From: Acidobacteriaceae bacterium
GTDB lineage: Bacteria > Acidobacteriota > Terriglobia > Bryobacterales > Bryobacteraceae
Length of the DNA stretch: 64,000 bases
Reading direction: 5' to 3'
NCBI GenBank assembly: GCA_019244055.1
Contig: JAFATG010000082.1
Span: 8,885 to 72,884 of the forward strand
A program made the translations under genes and the position numbers. The notes below the pieces were generated by a model. That model saw only the letters and a list, made by a program, of their open reading frames with translations, made no database searches and was not told the origin of the DNA. Below, one piece after another: positions 45,901 to 54,812 of the stretch. The stretch's first letter is position 1. Each line of letters starts with the position of its first letter.

Positions 45901-47028
45901 TTAGATGCTTGCCTGGAGTGAGTCCAGCAGAAAATCGACGCTTTCACTGGTTGCCAGCGGTCCCATCGTGCCGATCCGCAAAATCTTGCTCGTGAGCTGG
46001 CCTAAGCCACCCGCAACCTCTATGTTGTATTTCGTAAGCAGGTTCTCTCGCAGTTTCGCTTCGTTTACCTTGCTGGGTGGCACAACCGTCGTCATGTGCC
46101 AGATCCGATCCTCGGGCTTCTTGACCAACGGCTCGAAGCCAAGGCGAACTAGGCCTGTAATCAGCCGCTCGCTCGCTTGGCGGTGCCGTTCCCATCGTGC
46201 TTTCAACCCCTCTTCCTCAATGACCGCCAGCGCCTGATGCATCGCATAATACAGGGGCGGCGAAGGGGTGTGGTGATACACATGCGGCGCCTCGAAGTAT
46301 TTACTCATGAGGCGCAGATCCAAATACCAGCTCGAAGGTTCTTCCGGTCTCTTCTCCAGCCACTCCCATGCTTTTGGCGAAACGGAAATCGGTGATAGTC
46401 CCGCCGGGCAGCTCAATCCTTTTTGGGAACAACTGAAGGCCACGTCGATGCCCACCGCATCCAGCTCTACGGGCATCGCTCCCAGCGAGGTTACGCAATC
46501 GGCGATCACCAACGCACCCAACTTCCGCGCCGCCGGCGCGATCGCGCGCCCCGATTGGTAAGCACCGGTCGATGTCTCGGCCTGCACGAACCCGATCACT
46601 TCCGGCCGCTCACGCTCGAGAAATGCCGTAGCCTCTTCCGCCACGAACACCTCTCCCCAAGGCTTCTCCAGGCGGACGACGTTCGCGCCCTGCCGTTTGG
46701 CCATGACGGTCATTCGGTCGGCAAAATGTCCGGCTGCGAAAATTGCAAATTTCGAGCCTGGCCGGACGAAGTTCGCTATTGCGCACTCCATTGCGCCGCT
46801 GCCGCCCGCGGGGACCACAAACGTATTCTCGTTCCGGGTACCGAACACATCTCGCAATCCGCTTTGGATCTCGCTCATCAGCTCGAGAAAGTACGGATCG
46901 CGGATACCCACGATGGGCTGCGCCATAGCCTCATACGCCCTCGGATCCACCATCGAAGGTCCTGGCCCGTACATCAGCCGCTGAGGCGGCGCTATGCGCT
47001 TTGTCGCAGTCGTGAGCATCACTTCCAA
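45901..47028 (-). CDS. Class V aminotransferase (alanine-glyoxylate / serine-pyruvate aminotransferase family)
   Basis: Contains the PLP-lysine context DVAFSCSQKGLSCPAGLSP and the N-terminal stretch RLMYGPGPSMVDPR. The track start is TTG 47028; ATG 47019 is also possible. Confidence 0.85.
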   Translation of the reverse strand: MEVMLTTATKRIAPPQRLMYGPGPSMVDPRAYEAMAQPIVGIRDPYFLELMSEIQSGLRDVFGTRNENTFVVPAGGSGAMECAIANFVRPGSKFAIFAAGHFADRMTVMAKRQGANVVRLEKPWGEVFVAEEATAFLERERPEVIGFVQAETSTGAYQSGRAIAPAARKLGALVIADCVTSLGAMPVELDAVGIDVAFSCSQKGLSCPAGLSPISVSPKAWEWLEKRPEEPSSWYLDLRLMSKYFEAPHVYHHTPSPPLYYAMHQALAVIEEEGLKARWERHRQASERLITGLVRLGFEPLVKKPEDRIWHMTTVVPPSKVNEAKLRENLLTKYNIEVAGGLGQLTSKILRIGTMGPLATSESVDFLLDSLQASI

Positions 47029-47208
47029 GCTAACAGGCTGGCCGTCGCGGCTCTGGTTGCTTTTCGATTGGTAATGCGCGTTTGATCGCCGCTCTGGGGC
47101 TCACATCATTCCATAGACAACGTGTGCTTCCATGGTCAGCTTAGATTCGGGACGCAGGCCTAAAAAGGAGTGGCGCGACGCTGATTCTACAATCAAGAGA
47201 GTCAATCC

Positions 47209-47460
47209 ATGTCGGAGCTTCGATATACGGTGCTATTTGAACCTGCCGAGGAGGGCGGCTATGTCGTCACTTGCCCGGCATTACCGGGTCTCGTGACCGA
47301 AGGCGATACCTACGTGGAGGCGCGTCAACGCGCGGTAGAGGCGATTGAAGGCTACCTGGAAAGCCTCCAAAAAGACGGGCTGCCTTTTCCGCCTGACAAG
47401 AAGCTCTCTTTAGAGCCGGTAAGAGAGGAGATTAGAATTGCTGTACCTGAACCCGCATGA
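47209..47460 (+). CDS. hicB: HicB-family antitoxin (UPF0150)
   Basis: 83 aa, containing YTVLFEPAEEGGYVVTCPALPGLVTEGDTYVEARQRAVEAIEGYLE, which is typical of the HicB N-domain. Its stop overlaps the downstream ATG (ATGA). Confidence 0.85.
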   Translation: MSELRYTVLFEPAEEGGYVVTCPALPGLVTEGDTYVEARQRAVEAIEGYLESLQKDGLPFPPDKKLSLEPVREEIRIAVPEPA

Positions 47461-47685
47461 GTCAGCACTTCCCTGCTCTGCGGCCATCTAAGGTCTTGAG
47501 GGGTCTTATCCGAGCTGGTTTATATTCACCACAGTAAAGGCTCACATCACATCCTTAGGCATCCGGAAAAACCACAACTGCGCGTCACTGTCCCTATGCA
47601 TAACGCAGACCTCAAGAGAAGGACTCTGGCCACCATCATTGAACAGGCAGGCTTCACCCCTGAGGAATTTTTCGAGCTTCTCTAA
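47457..47685 (+). pseudogene. hicA: hicA toxin gene interrupted by a +1 frameshift
   Basis: Frame A gives MSQHFPALRPSKVLRGLIRAGLYSPQ-stop (47457-47537). Frame B gives VYIHHSKGSHHILRHPEKPQLRVTVPMHNADLKRRTLATIIEQAGFTPEEFFELL-stop (ending at 47685). Together they reconstruct a complete HicA with its GSH catalytic motif. The total span of 229 nt is 3n+1. The frame switch lies at or near the T-run 47519-47521. Confidence 0.75.
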
Positions 47686-47767
47686 ATCCGCTTTCCATTG
47701 CATGACAATCGCGCTACACTAGCCTAAATTAAGTAGGCGATCGCTGGATCGCGGAAGGAGATGGCCC

Positions 47768-48208
47768 ATGAGCGCTGCAACGGTTGCTCCCGCTCCACTC
47801 GTTCGAGAGGGCAACGGATTTTGGCAGGAATTTGTCGCCCGCTGTAAAGGGCACGTCGAATCGATCAACGCCGCCGCGTCGCGCCATGGTTACAGCCAAG
47901 AAGAACTGATCGAATGGCGTTGCGACGATCACGTCCAAATGATGAAGTCTGGCTTTCCCTCGACAGCTATCAAGGCGACTATCAAGTTTTTTGGGTGGGG
48001 ACCACTGATTTCGGGCCTAGTCACCGGCGAACAGGATCCGAACCTCAAGTTCTCAGCCGAAGAGTTTGAGCTTCCTATTGCTTGTGATCTGGATGGCGAA
48101 GTCGTGGGCGTGTTTGACGAGGGCCGCAGCTTTTCCCCGCAGGATCTGGCGTGCTATCTCACGCAAAATTTCCGACGCTGCTACCCAGGCGTTTCCCTTC
48201 CCTGCTGA
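47768..48208 (+). CDS. Hypothetical protein (146 aa), no recognised family
   Basis: ATG 47768 is preceded by GGAAGGAG at 7-nt spacing. The composition is protein-like. The 3' end overlaps the convergent oxidoreductase gene by 28 nt. Confidence 0.5.
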   Translation: MSAATVAPAPLVREGNGFWQEFVARCKGHVESINAAASRHGYSQEELIEWRCDDHVQMMKSGFPSTAIKATIKFFGWGPLISGLVTGEQDPNLKFSAEEFELPIACDLDGEVVGVFDEGRSFSPQDLACYLTQNFRRCYPGVSLPC

Positions 48209-49353
48209 TCCCGGCGCAACACGTCTTGCCAAGCGCCTGAGCGGGCCGATTTCAGCACGGCGTCAATCACGTATTCCGTTGCCAGCGCGTCTCGAAAAGA
48301 GGGACTCACCAGCTCGTCCCGGCTGAGAGCTGTGAAAAAATCGCCGATCTGGTGAACGAACGTGTGCTCATATCCAATCTGCAGGCCGGGCACCCACCAG
48401 TGCTTCATATAGGGGTGATCGTGGTCTGTGATATGGATCGAGCGCCATCCCCGCAGCTTGCCGTCATCCTTGTGATCAAAAAACTGTAAGCGGTGCAAAT
48501 CGTGTAAGTCCCAGGCTAGTGAAGCATTCTCTCCGTTGATCTCGAACGCGTACTGGGCTTTGTGGCCGCGGGCGTAGCGAGTCGCTTCGAATGTCGCCAG
48601 CGCGCCATTCTCGAAGCGTGCTAGAAACGCGCTAGCATCGTCTATCCCAACCGGCTCCTGTTTACCGGTTTGCTGATGCAGGCGTTCCTTGATGAACGTT
48701 TCGATCATTCCGCAGAGCCGATCGATCGGTCCGATCAGCCATTGCGCGGTATCGATGCAATGGGCCAGCAGATCGCCCGTAACTCCGCTGCCGGCGACGT
48801 TCGCATCCAGCCGCCAGAGAGCCTGACCGCCTTGCGGAAGGTCCGGAGCCATCGTCCAGTCCTGCAGAAATTTAGCCCGGTAATGAAAAATCCGCCCCAG
48901 GCGGCCTTCGTCGATGAGCTGCTTGGCGAGGGTGACGGCGGGCACGCGGCGATAGTTGTACCAGACCATGTTGCGGACGCCGGCGCGGTCTACGGCGGCC
49001 GTCATCTGTTCCGCTTCGGCCAGGTTTCGCGCGAGCGGCTTCTCGCAAAAGATGGTCTTGCCCGCTTCGGCGGCAGCGATCGCGATCTCCGCATGGGTAT
49101 CGTTGGGACTCGCAATGTCGATTGCGTCGATATCGGAACGAGCTACAAGCGCCCGCCAATCCGTTTCTATTGAGGCGAAACCCCACTGACGCGCGAACAA
49201 TTCGGCGTTGGCGCCATCACGCGCGCAGACGGCCTGCAGAACCGGGCGGCATTCGAGATCGAAGAAATCGGGAACGCGTTTATAGGCGTTGGCGTGCGCC
49301 CGGCCCATGAAGCCGCAGCCAATCAGGCCGATTCGAAACGGGGATGGGTCCAT
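48181..49353 (-). CDS. Gfo/Idh/MocA-family NAD(P)-dependent oxidoreductase
   Basis: Contains the N-terminal Rossmann motif [19 protein letters not shown], the catalytic-region motif EKPLA, and the typical C-terminal alpha/beta domain. Confidence 0.88.
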   Translation of the reverse strand: MDPSPFRIGLIGCGFMGRAHANAYKRVPDFFDLECRPVLQAVCARDGANAELFARQWGFASIETDWRALVARSDIDAIDIASPNDTHAEIAIAAAEAGKTIFCEKPLARNLAEAEQMTAAVDRAGVRNMVWYNYRRVPAVTLAKQLIDEGRLGRIFHYRAKFLQDWTMAPDLPQGGQALWRLDANVAGSGVTGDLLAHCIDTAQWLIGPIDRLCGMIETFIKERLHQQTGKQEPVGIDDASAFLARFENGALATFEATRYARGHKAQYAFEINGENASLAWDLHDLHRLQFFDHKDDGKLRGWRSIHITDHDHPYMKHWWVPGLQIGYEHTFVHQIGDFFTALSRDELVSPSFRDALATEYVIDAVLKSARSGAWQDVLRRDQQGRETPG

Positions 49354-49359
49354 GCGCGT

Positions 49360-50418
49360 TTATTCGGTCCAGCCATGCGCATCGCGTACTGCGACCATGG
49401 CGGCCAGAATTGTGTTCCAGGTTTCCTGCGTTTTCATGACCCTGTTCGGGAACATACAGCCATCCCAGCAGATGTGGCGGAAATTTTTCAGGAGAGACCC
49501 GCGATCATCCCGCATCCAGAGCCCGGCACCCGCGACGAGATTCAGTTTCCCGTTCCGGTCATTCGGGAGACAATGGCGGCCGGTTTTGTCGTGAAGGCCC
49601 GACCCTTTTACAGTCGCATCATTTTGCGCGACATGAAAATCGATGGTCCAGGGGCGCAATGCAGACGCGACCGTGGCCAGAGCATGCACGAGAGCGGCTC
49701 GGTCCTGCCAATCAAAGTTTTCCGGTAACAGGCGATCTTCCGGCGAGTTGTGGCCGAGCATGTAGAGCAGAGTGTGCGCCATATCCGCCTGGAAACCGAG
49801 AGTGTCGGGACGCCCAACGAGTTCGAGCAACTCGAGCATTCGCCTCCAACTGTGCATGCCACCCCAGCAGATCTCGCCTTCAGCCGCGAGTCTCTCTCCA
49901 AAATCTTCGGCGATGCAACAGGCTTCGCGAAAGGTCTGCGCGATGCGGCGGGTATGGGCAGGCGGATCCTTCGCCCATTCCTCCACGCTTGTGGCGGAAT
50001 CGATACGCACCACGCCGGTGTTTCTGATGCCGATCTCACGAAGGGTCCGCGCAATTCGGCAGGCCTTTTCTACTTGGTCCAAGAAACGGCGGCGTGTCGC
50101 GTCATCGCCCATGGCAGATCCGCCTTTTGTGTTGGGCCACACCGGAGCTACGACCGAGCCAACGACCAGGCCTCTTGACTCGATGGTTTCGGCCAATCTC
50201 ACCAGATCGTCGCCTGCAGAATCGATGTCGACATGCGGCTCATAGAGGAAGAGATCGACCCCATCGAAGCGGATGCCGTCTACTTCGGCTTGCGCAGTGA
50301 GGTCGAGCATCGTGTCGAGTTCGATATAGGGCTCGAGTCCCGGGCCTTTTCCGACCAAGCCCGGCCACATGGCATTGTGCAGCTTCGGAAAGGTGTTGCG
50401 ATGATGTTCATCAGTCAC
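49360..50418 (-). CDS. Sugar phosphate isomerase/epimerase (xylose-isomerase-like TIM barrel)
   Basis: 352 aa with TIM-barrel-family stretches ([28 protein letters not shown]). It sits in an operon-like array with the Gfo/Idh/MocA gene, a pairing common in soil bacteria. Confidence 0.7.
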   Translation of the reverse strand: MTDEHHRNTFPKLHNAMWPGLVGKGPGLEPYIELDTMLDLTAQAEVDGIRFDGVDLFLYEPHVDIDSAGDDLVRLAETIESRGLVVGSVVAPVWPNTKGGSAMGDDATRRRFLDQVEKACRIARTLREIGIRNTGVVRIDSATSVEEWAKDPPAHTRRIAQTFREACCIAEDFGERLAAEGEICWGGMHSWRRMLELLELVGRPDTLGFQADMAHTLLYMLGHNSPEDRLLPENFDWQDRAALVHALATVASALRPWTIDFHVAQNDATVKGSGLHDKTGRHCLPNDRNGKLNLVAGAGLWMRDDRGSLLKNFRHICWDGCMFPNRVMKTQETWNTILAAMVAVRDAHGWTE

Positions 50419-52229
50419 TTTGGGACAACCTGAACAACTAAAGCGGAGGGATGCTCCGCGTCGTGGAGGACCGTGTTAGACGCGGGCACAGCGATTCTTG
50501 CTGTCGCAGCGGCTTCTCCCGTGTTCAGATTTCTATCGAACCGAGGAAAGTTGCTGCTGGATATTTCCAAGCGGAGCACGTGGCCCTTCTTGAAAACGTT
50601 GCTGGTTGACCACAGGTCAATGGTGAAGTTGTAGACCTGGCCAGGGGTCATCATCTGCGGCGCTTCGCGGGAATCCCGGTACCGCGCTCTGATGATCCCT
50701 TCTGTCAGGTTCTGGGCGAATCCGTTCGGCCATAGGTCGACTAATTTGCCGGTGAAATCAGTGTCCGCTTGTGAGGATTCTGCGTAGAGCTCAACCCTGA
50801 CGGGACCGGTCACTTCCAGGTCCTCGGTCAGGGGCGGAGTTGAGTAGACCAGGACATCCTCTCGGGCCTCGATCGGGCGCTGGTCGCGCGGACCAGGCGC
50901 AAGGTGCTCCGAATCACAGCAGAGCGGGCCACCAATCGTCGGAACCGGTTTGGATGGGTCGTAAACATAGCGGTCGCTGGATTCGGGGCCAGGTGCGGTA
51001 GCCGAAAGACTTCCATCGCCACGCACCGAGTTCGCTCCGCGGGTGGCGTGAAGGAAATAACGTTGTTCGCGGGCTCGAGCTACGGACCACTCGCTCTCGT
51101 CACGCCAAATGTTATCGCCCATGACGAAGATTCTGACGGGCTTCGAATTCGCGAACTCGTTTTGCGCTCCTTTGAACAGGTGCTCATACCAGCGCAACGT
51201 GATTGCGTCCTCGTTAAATTCGGCGGCAGCCGGACCAAAATCCACCTCGCCAATTTTTCGGCCACTGCCCGCGTGGCCTCCAATCGTGATCAGGAGATGC
51301 TGTCCGGTTCGCGCCGCCTCGCTTCCTCCGTGCGCCTTAATTCCCAGGTAATTGCGTATGGAGCCGCCTTGAAAAATGTCGTACCAGGCAGCGATTGTGA
51401 GCGCGGGCACGTTGATATCCGGAAAATGCTCCTCGATCGACCAGCGCTTCCAGTACTCGTCGTAATTAGGATGGTTTAGCCAATCGAGAAAATACGGAGC
51501 GATCGCGGATGTTAGGTCGTCTTTAGCGAGCGCATGGTTGAAATTGAAGAGCGGATACGCCGTGAGCGGCAGAGTCCAAGCGCCTTCCATGGCGTTGGTG
51601 TGCTTTTGCACAAGACGGTTGAGCGTGTCCTGTGCCAGGCCCGAGGTCCAGGACTCGTTGAACCACTGCTCGAACGCGCCGCCCTGATACGTCCAGTTCT
51701 CGTGATAATTGCTGGCCGTAACGACGGGGCAGATTCCGGCGAGATGCGGCGGATGCGCGATGGCGGCGAGCATCTGTGTCGCGCCAACGTACGATCCGCC
51801 AAACATGCCGACCTTGCCATCCGAGTACGGCAATGAAGCGGCCCACTCCACGGTTTCGTAGCCGTCCTGCGATTCGTAGCGAAACGGGTACCAATCGCCT
51901 TGCGATGTGTAGCGCCCGCGGACATCCTGAATGATTACGACTAACCCTTGCTGAGCGCCTTCATAGCCGAAGGAGGTTCCGCCACTTTTGTTGTAAGGCG
52001 TACGCTGCAGCAGAACTGGAAACCTCTCATTTGAAGTGTCAGGCCGGTAGATGTCGGCGCGGAGCACGGTGCCGTCACGCATGGTGACGGGGACACCGTG
52101 CTCGATTTTGACTGAATAGGGCGGAGCTGCAAAAACCAGAGCCGCGGTCGCAAATAGGCCGGAGAGCGCGGGTGCACCGCAGAGGGGCAAAGTGAGCATC
52201 GAGCCAAGAATATAACGCGCTCGATCCAA
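50415..52229 (-). CDS. CocE/NonD-family (S15 X-Pro dipeptidyl-peptidase-like) hydrolase, exported
   Basis: Contains [11 protein letters not shown] and the nucleophile context [11 protein letters not shown], plus a C-terminal beta-sandwich domain. It has a signal-like N-terminus. The track start is TTG 52229; ATG 52199 is also possible. Confidence 0.85.
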   Translation of the reverse strand: MDRARYILGSMLTLPLCGAPALSGLFATAALVFAAPPYSVKIEHGVPVTMRDGTVLRADIYRPDTSNERFPVLLQRTPYNKSGGTSFGYEGAQQGLVVIIQDVRGRYTSQGDWYPFRYESQDGYETVEWAASLPYSDGKVGMFGGSYVGATQMLAAIAHPPHLAGICPVVTASNYHENWTYQGGAFEQWFNESWTSGLAQDTLNRLVQKHTNAMEGAWTLPLTAYPLFNFNHALAKDDLTSAIAPYFLDWLNHPNYDEYWKRWSIEEHFPDINVPALTIAAWYDIFQGGSIRNYLGIKAHGGSEAARTGQHLLITIGGHAGSGRKIGEVDFGPAAAEFNEDAITLRWYEHLFKGAQNEFANSKPVRIFVMGDNIWRDESEWSVARAREQRYFLHATRGANSVRGDGSLSATAPGPESSDRYVYDPSKPVPTIGGPLCCDSEHLAPGPRDQRPIEAREDVLVYSTPPLTEDLEVTGPVRVELYAESSQADTDFTGKLVDLWPNGFAQNLTEGIIRARYRDSREAPQMMTPGQVYNFTIDLWSTSNVFKKGHVLRLEISSSNFPRFDRNLNTGEAAATARIAVPASNTVLHDAEHPSALVVQVVPK

Positions 52230-52254
52230 GATCTCTGAAAACCAGACCGCTCTA

Positions 52255-53607
52255 CTACTGTTTGTAGTTTTGGATGTAACTATCCGAAGGCATGCCCATC
52301 CGGATCGCTCGCTGACGCGCCTTCGCTGCCTCCTCTCGCGTCATGGGGCCGCCTGAGGCAACCAGATAGAACTTGCCATTCGACGGCGTGAAGACGGTCG
52401 CGTTCAGATTCGGATGTCTACCGTTCAGCGCTTTGGCCTTCTGTTGCGCATCCTTCTCATGAGCGAAGGTATAAAGAATGACGCGCCAATTGGCAGTGTT
52501 AGAACTCGGCTGCGGTCTTGTGGGTGCGGGGACTGGTGCGTTGCGCGGCGGCTCGCTCGCGGCGGTCTCGCCTAGGGTTCGAGTCGGCCAAGCAGTCTTG
52601 TCCGGAGGCGCTGCGGCTCCCAAAACTGCCTTCCCCGCATGCCGGGGCAGCGCTGCCCAAATCAAGAGGGCCAGCGCTATCACTCCCAGAGCGGCATAGA
52701 TCCAAGCCCTGCGGATTGGGAAGTGCGACTCCTGTTCCGAGTTAGAGCGCCGGCGGATCAATTGTTCATAGCGTTCGGCCGGCACCGGACGGGTTGGTGC
52801 AGGCGGAGCTGCAGTCGGCGCGGGTAGGGGCGCCGACGTTTTCAGCAGCTCAGTCTTCAAATCGCTGAGAGCAGGCCGCGCCGCCGGGTCCGGTGCCAAG
52901 CAACGGTCGACAATAGCAGCGAAGGGTTGTGGCAGCCCCGCAACGTCGTTTCTGTTTTCTGCGGCGTATTGCCGCTGTGTGAAGGCTTCGAAGATGGTGG
53001 CGCCCAAGCACCATACGTCGGACGCTGGGCTCAAATTCACACTTGTGCTTTCGGGTGCAAGGTATTTCGCCGGCGCGAGGTCAATAGGCGGAAGATTGTC
53101 GGCCGCGCGAGCGCACATCGTGGAGATTTTGATGGAATTGCCGAAGGCGAAGACCTGTTCAGGAGCAAGGCAGCCGTGCACGAGACCTTGCCCGTGCAGA
53201 TAAGTCAGCGCGCTTACAAGAACGTCAAAAACTTCTTGCGCTTCGTCTGTGGCTAGCGGCCGTTCCTTGATTACGCGATCCAGCCGTTCATCGGCACGCG
53301 CTAAAACAACAAAAATAGCCTCCGCACCATCAACCAGAACGCGGCCGGAGCCTATCGGGGCACAAAGATTTGGATGTTGGAGAGCCCTTTCGCGCTCCCA
53401 GAGGGAAATCTGTTCGTCAGCTATATTCGCTCGCGCAGGGTAGAACTTGGCGAACGCTTTGCGCGCGAAGTCCCCCAGGATTCGAACGCGGAAGGTAGCC
53501 AAATGGCCATCGCTCTCCAGAAGCTCGCCAACCTGGTAACCCCCTTCCAGCGTCGTTCCTTGGAGGCTGGTCCAATCCAAATTCATTGTCGATTCAGTCG
53601 AAAGCAT
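52255..53607 (-). CDS. Ser/Thr protein-kinase-like (predicted pseudokinase) domain, single TM helix, C-terminal SPOR domain
   Basis: The kinase fold is recognisable from the AFAK lysine, YLAPES and DVWCLGATIFE. The catalytic loop reads HGCLAPEQ instead of HRDLKPxN; I verified this on the DNA at 53155-53178. No DFG motif is present (KISTMC occupies that position). The G-loop is degenerate (ESDGHLAT). The TM helix is AWIYAALGVIALALLIWAALP. The C-terminal end WRVILYTFAHEKDAQQKAKALN...FYLVASGGPMTREEAAKARQRA is SPOR-like. Confidence 0.75.
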   Translation of the reverse strand: MLSTESTMNLDWTSLQGTTLEGGYQVGELLESDGHLATFRVRILGDFARKAFAKFYPARANIADEQISLWERERALQHPNLCAPIGSGRVLVDGAEAIFVVLARADERLDRVIKERPLATDEAQEVFDVLVSALTYLHGQGLVHGCLAPEQVFAFGNSIKISTMCARAADNLPPIDLAPAKYLAPESTSVNLSPASDVWCLGATIFEAFTQRQYAAENRNDVAGLPQPFAAIVDRCLAPDPAARPALSDLKTELLKTSAPLPAPTAAPPAPTRPVPAERYEQLIRRRSNSEQESHFPIRRAWIYAALGVIALALLIWAALPRHAGKAVLGAAAPPDKTAWPTRTLGETAASEPPRNAPVPAPTRPQPSSNTANWRVILYTFAHEKDAQQKAKALNGRHPNLNATVFTPSNGKFYLVASGGPMTREEAAKARQRAIRMGMPSDSYIQNYKQ

Positions 53608-53768
53608 TAGCGGGAATCAGGGCAAATGCGCGAGATGCACCCGCGTATGCCCATCCTAGTTTCAGGACTATTCCGCACTATACCACCGTGACTAGGCCCG
53701 TCTTGCTCGAATGGAATCAGCCACTTACGTCTAATTCACTGATTTGAATCAGGGTTACGCGCAGGTTA

Positions 53769-54287
53769 CTATTTGGCGCGTACCGGAACCGACAGCCGGG
53801 TCGTTTCCCATTCGAGCACCAGGTCGGCTGAGTTTGCGCTCTTTTTGTTAAAGGAGATTGTGAACTGCTCCACAGGACTGGAAAGCTGCGATTTCTGCAT
53901 GTCCACGCGAGCCAGGTCTTGGTCCTGGTTGTACTCCGTGCCCCACTGCCCGGTCTGCTTATTAATAATGAGCTTCCATGAATTCGCCGAAGGCAACGTG
54001 TAGATTGTGTAGTTGCCGGCTGGCACGTTCGCGCCACCGATGTTCAAATCGATCTGCGTTGAGAGCGCGGTCGCATCGTTGGCTCCCGTACGCCACACCT
54101 TCCCGTAGGGAACAAGATCGCCCATGATTTTCCTTCCGCGCATCGAAGGCCGCGAGTATTTGATCGTAATCTGTTTTCCATTTAGCGTCACCTCGGCCGT
54201 GCCGGGAGGGCTCTGCACTTGGGCATTCCCTAGTGCGGCAGCCGTTACAAGCACCGCAACACCGCATAGTGTCTTCAGTTTCACCAT
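53769..54287 (-). CDS. DUF2911-domain exported protein
   Basis: ATG 54287 (MVKLKTLCGVAVLVTAAALGNAQ) is preceded by GAGGAG at 8-nt spacing. Contains ITIKYSRPSMRGRKIMGDLVPYGKVWRTGANDATAL and NYTIYTLPSANSWKLIINK, which is typical of DUF2911. Confidence 0.7.
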   Translation of the reverse strand: MVKLKTLCGVAVLVTAAALGNAQVQSPPGTAEVTLNGKQITIKYSRPSMRGRKIMGDLVPYGKVWRTGANDATALSTQIDLNIGGANVPAGNYTIYTLPSANSWKLIINKQTGQWGTEYNQDQDLARVDMQKSQLSSPVEQFTISFNKKSANSADLVLEWETTRLSVPVRAK

Positions 54288-54812
54288 TTCGCGTTCTCCT
54301 CGCACACCAAAGTATCAGCAAGAGTACGACACCGTAGGATTCGCATGTTGCTGTCCGTGTTTTTAGATGATCAAACAGTCGGGTGATCAAACAAGAAATG
54401 GAGAACAACCTGACCGGACTGGCAAACGACCTCGTCGAAGATCTGTCTCGACTAGACCAGGACATGGAAAGATCGAAGGCTCTCCACCTAGAGATTTCCG
54501 AGCTGATGTTGTCCTTCGGAGATTGCGGTCCACGCGAATGGGTCCAGCTTCCTGCCTCCGGTAAGGAATCTAAGCTCTGAGGTTCACCATCTCGGCTGAC
54601 TGTCTGGCGGCTCACTCCGTCTTGATTTTTAATCGTCATTCCCCCTCGTAAGCTGGATGATCAACTCCCGCAACACCCGCCGGCTAGTAATGACCAGCCG
54701 GATCATAGCGTGTATGGCCGCGAAACCAACTTACACCCCCTGCCCTTTACACAACCGAAATTACATCACCCTCGATCCGATCGATGCGATGTTCGAGCCG
54801 CTCGATCTCCGT

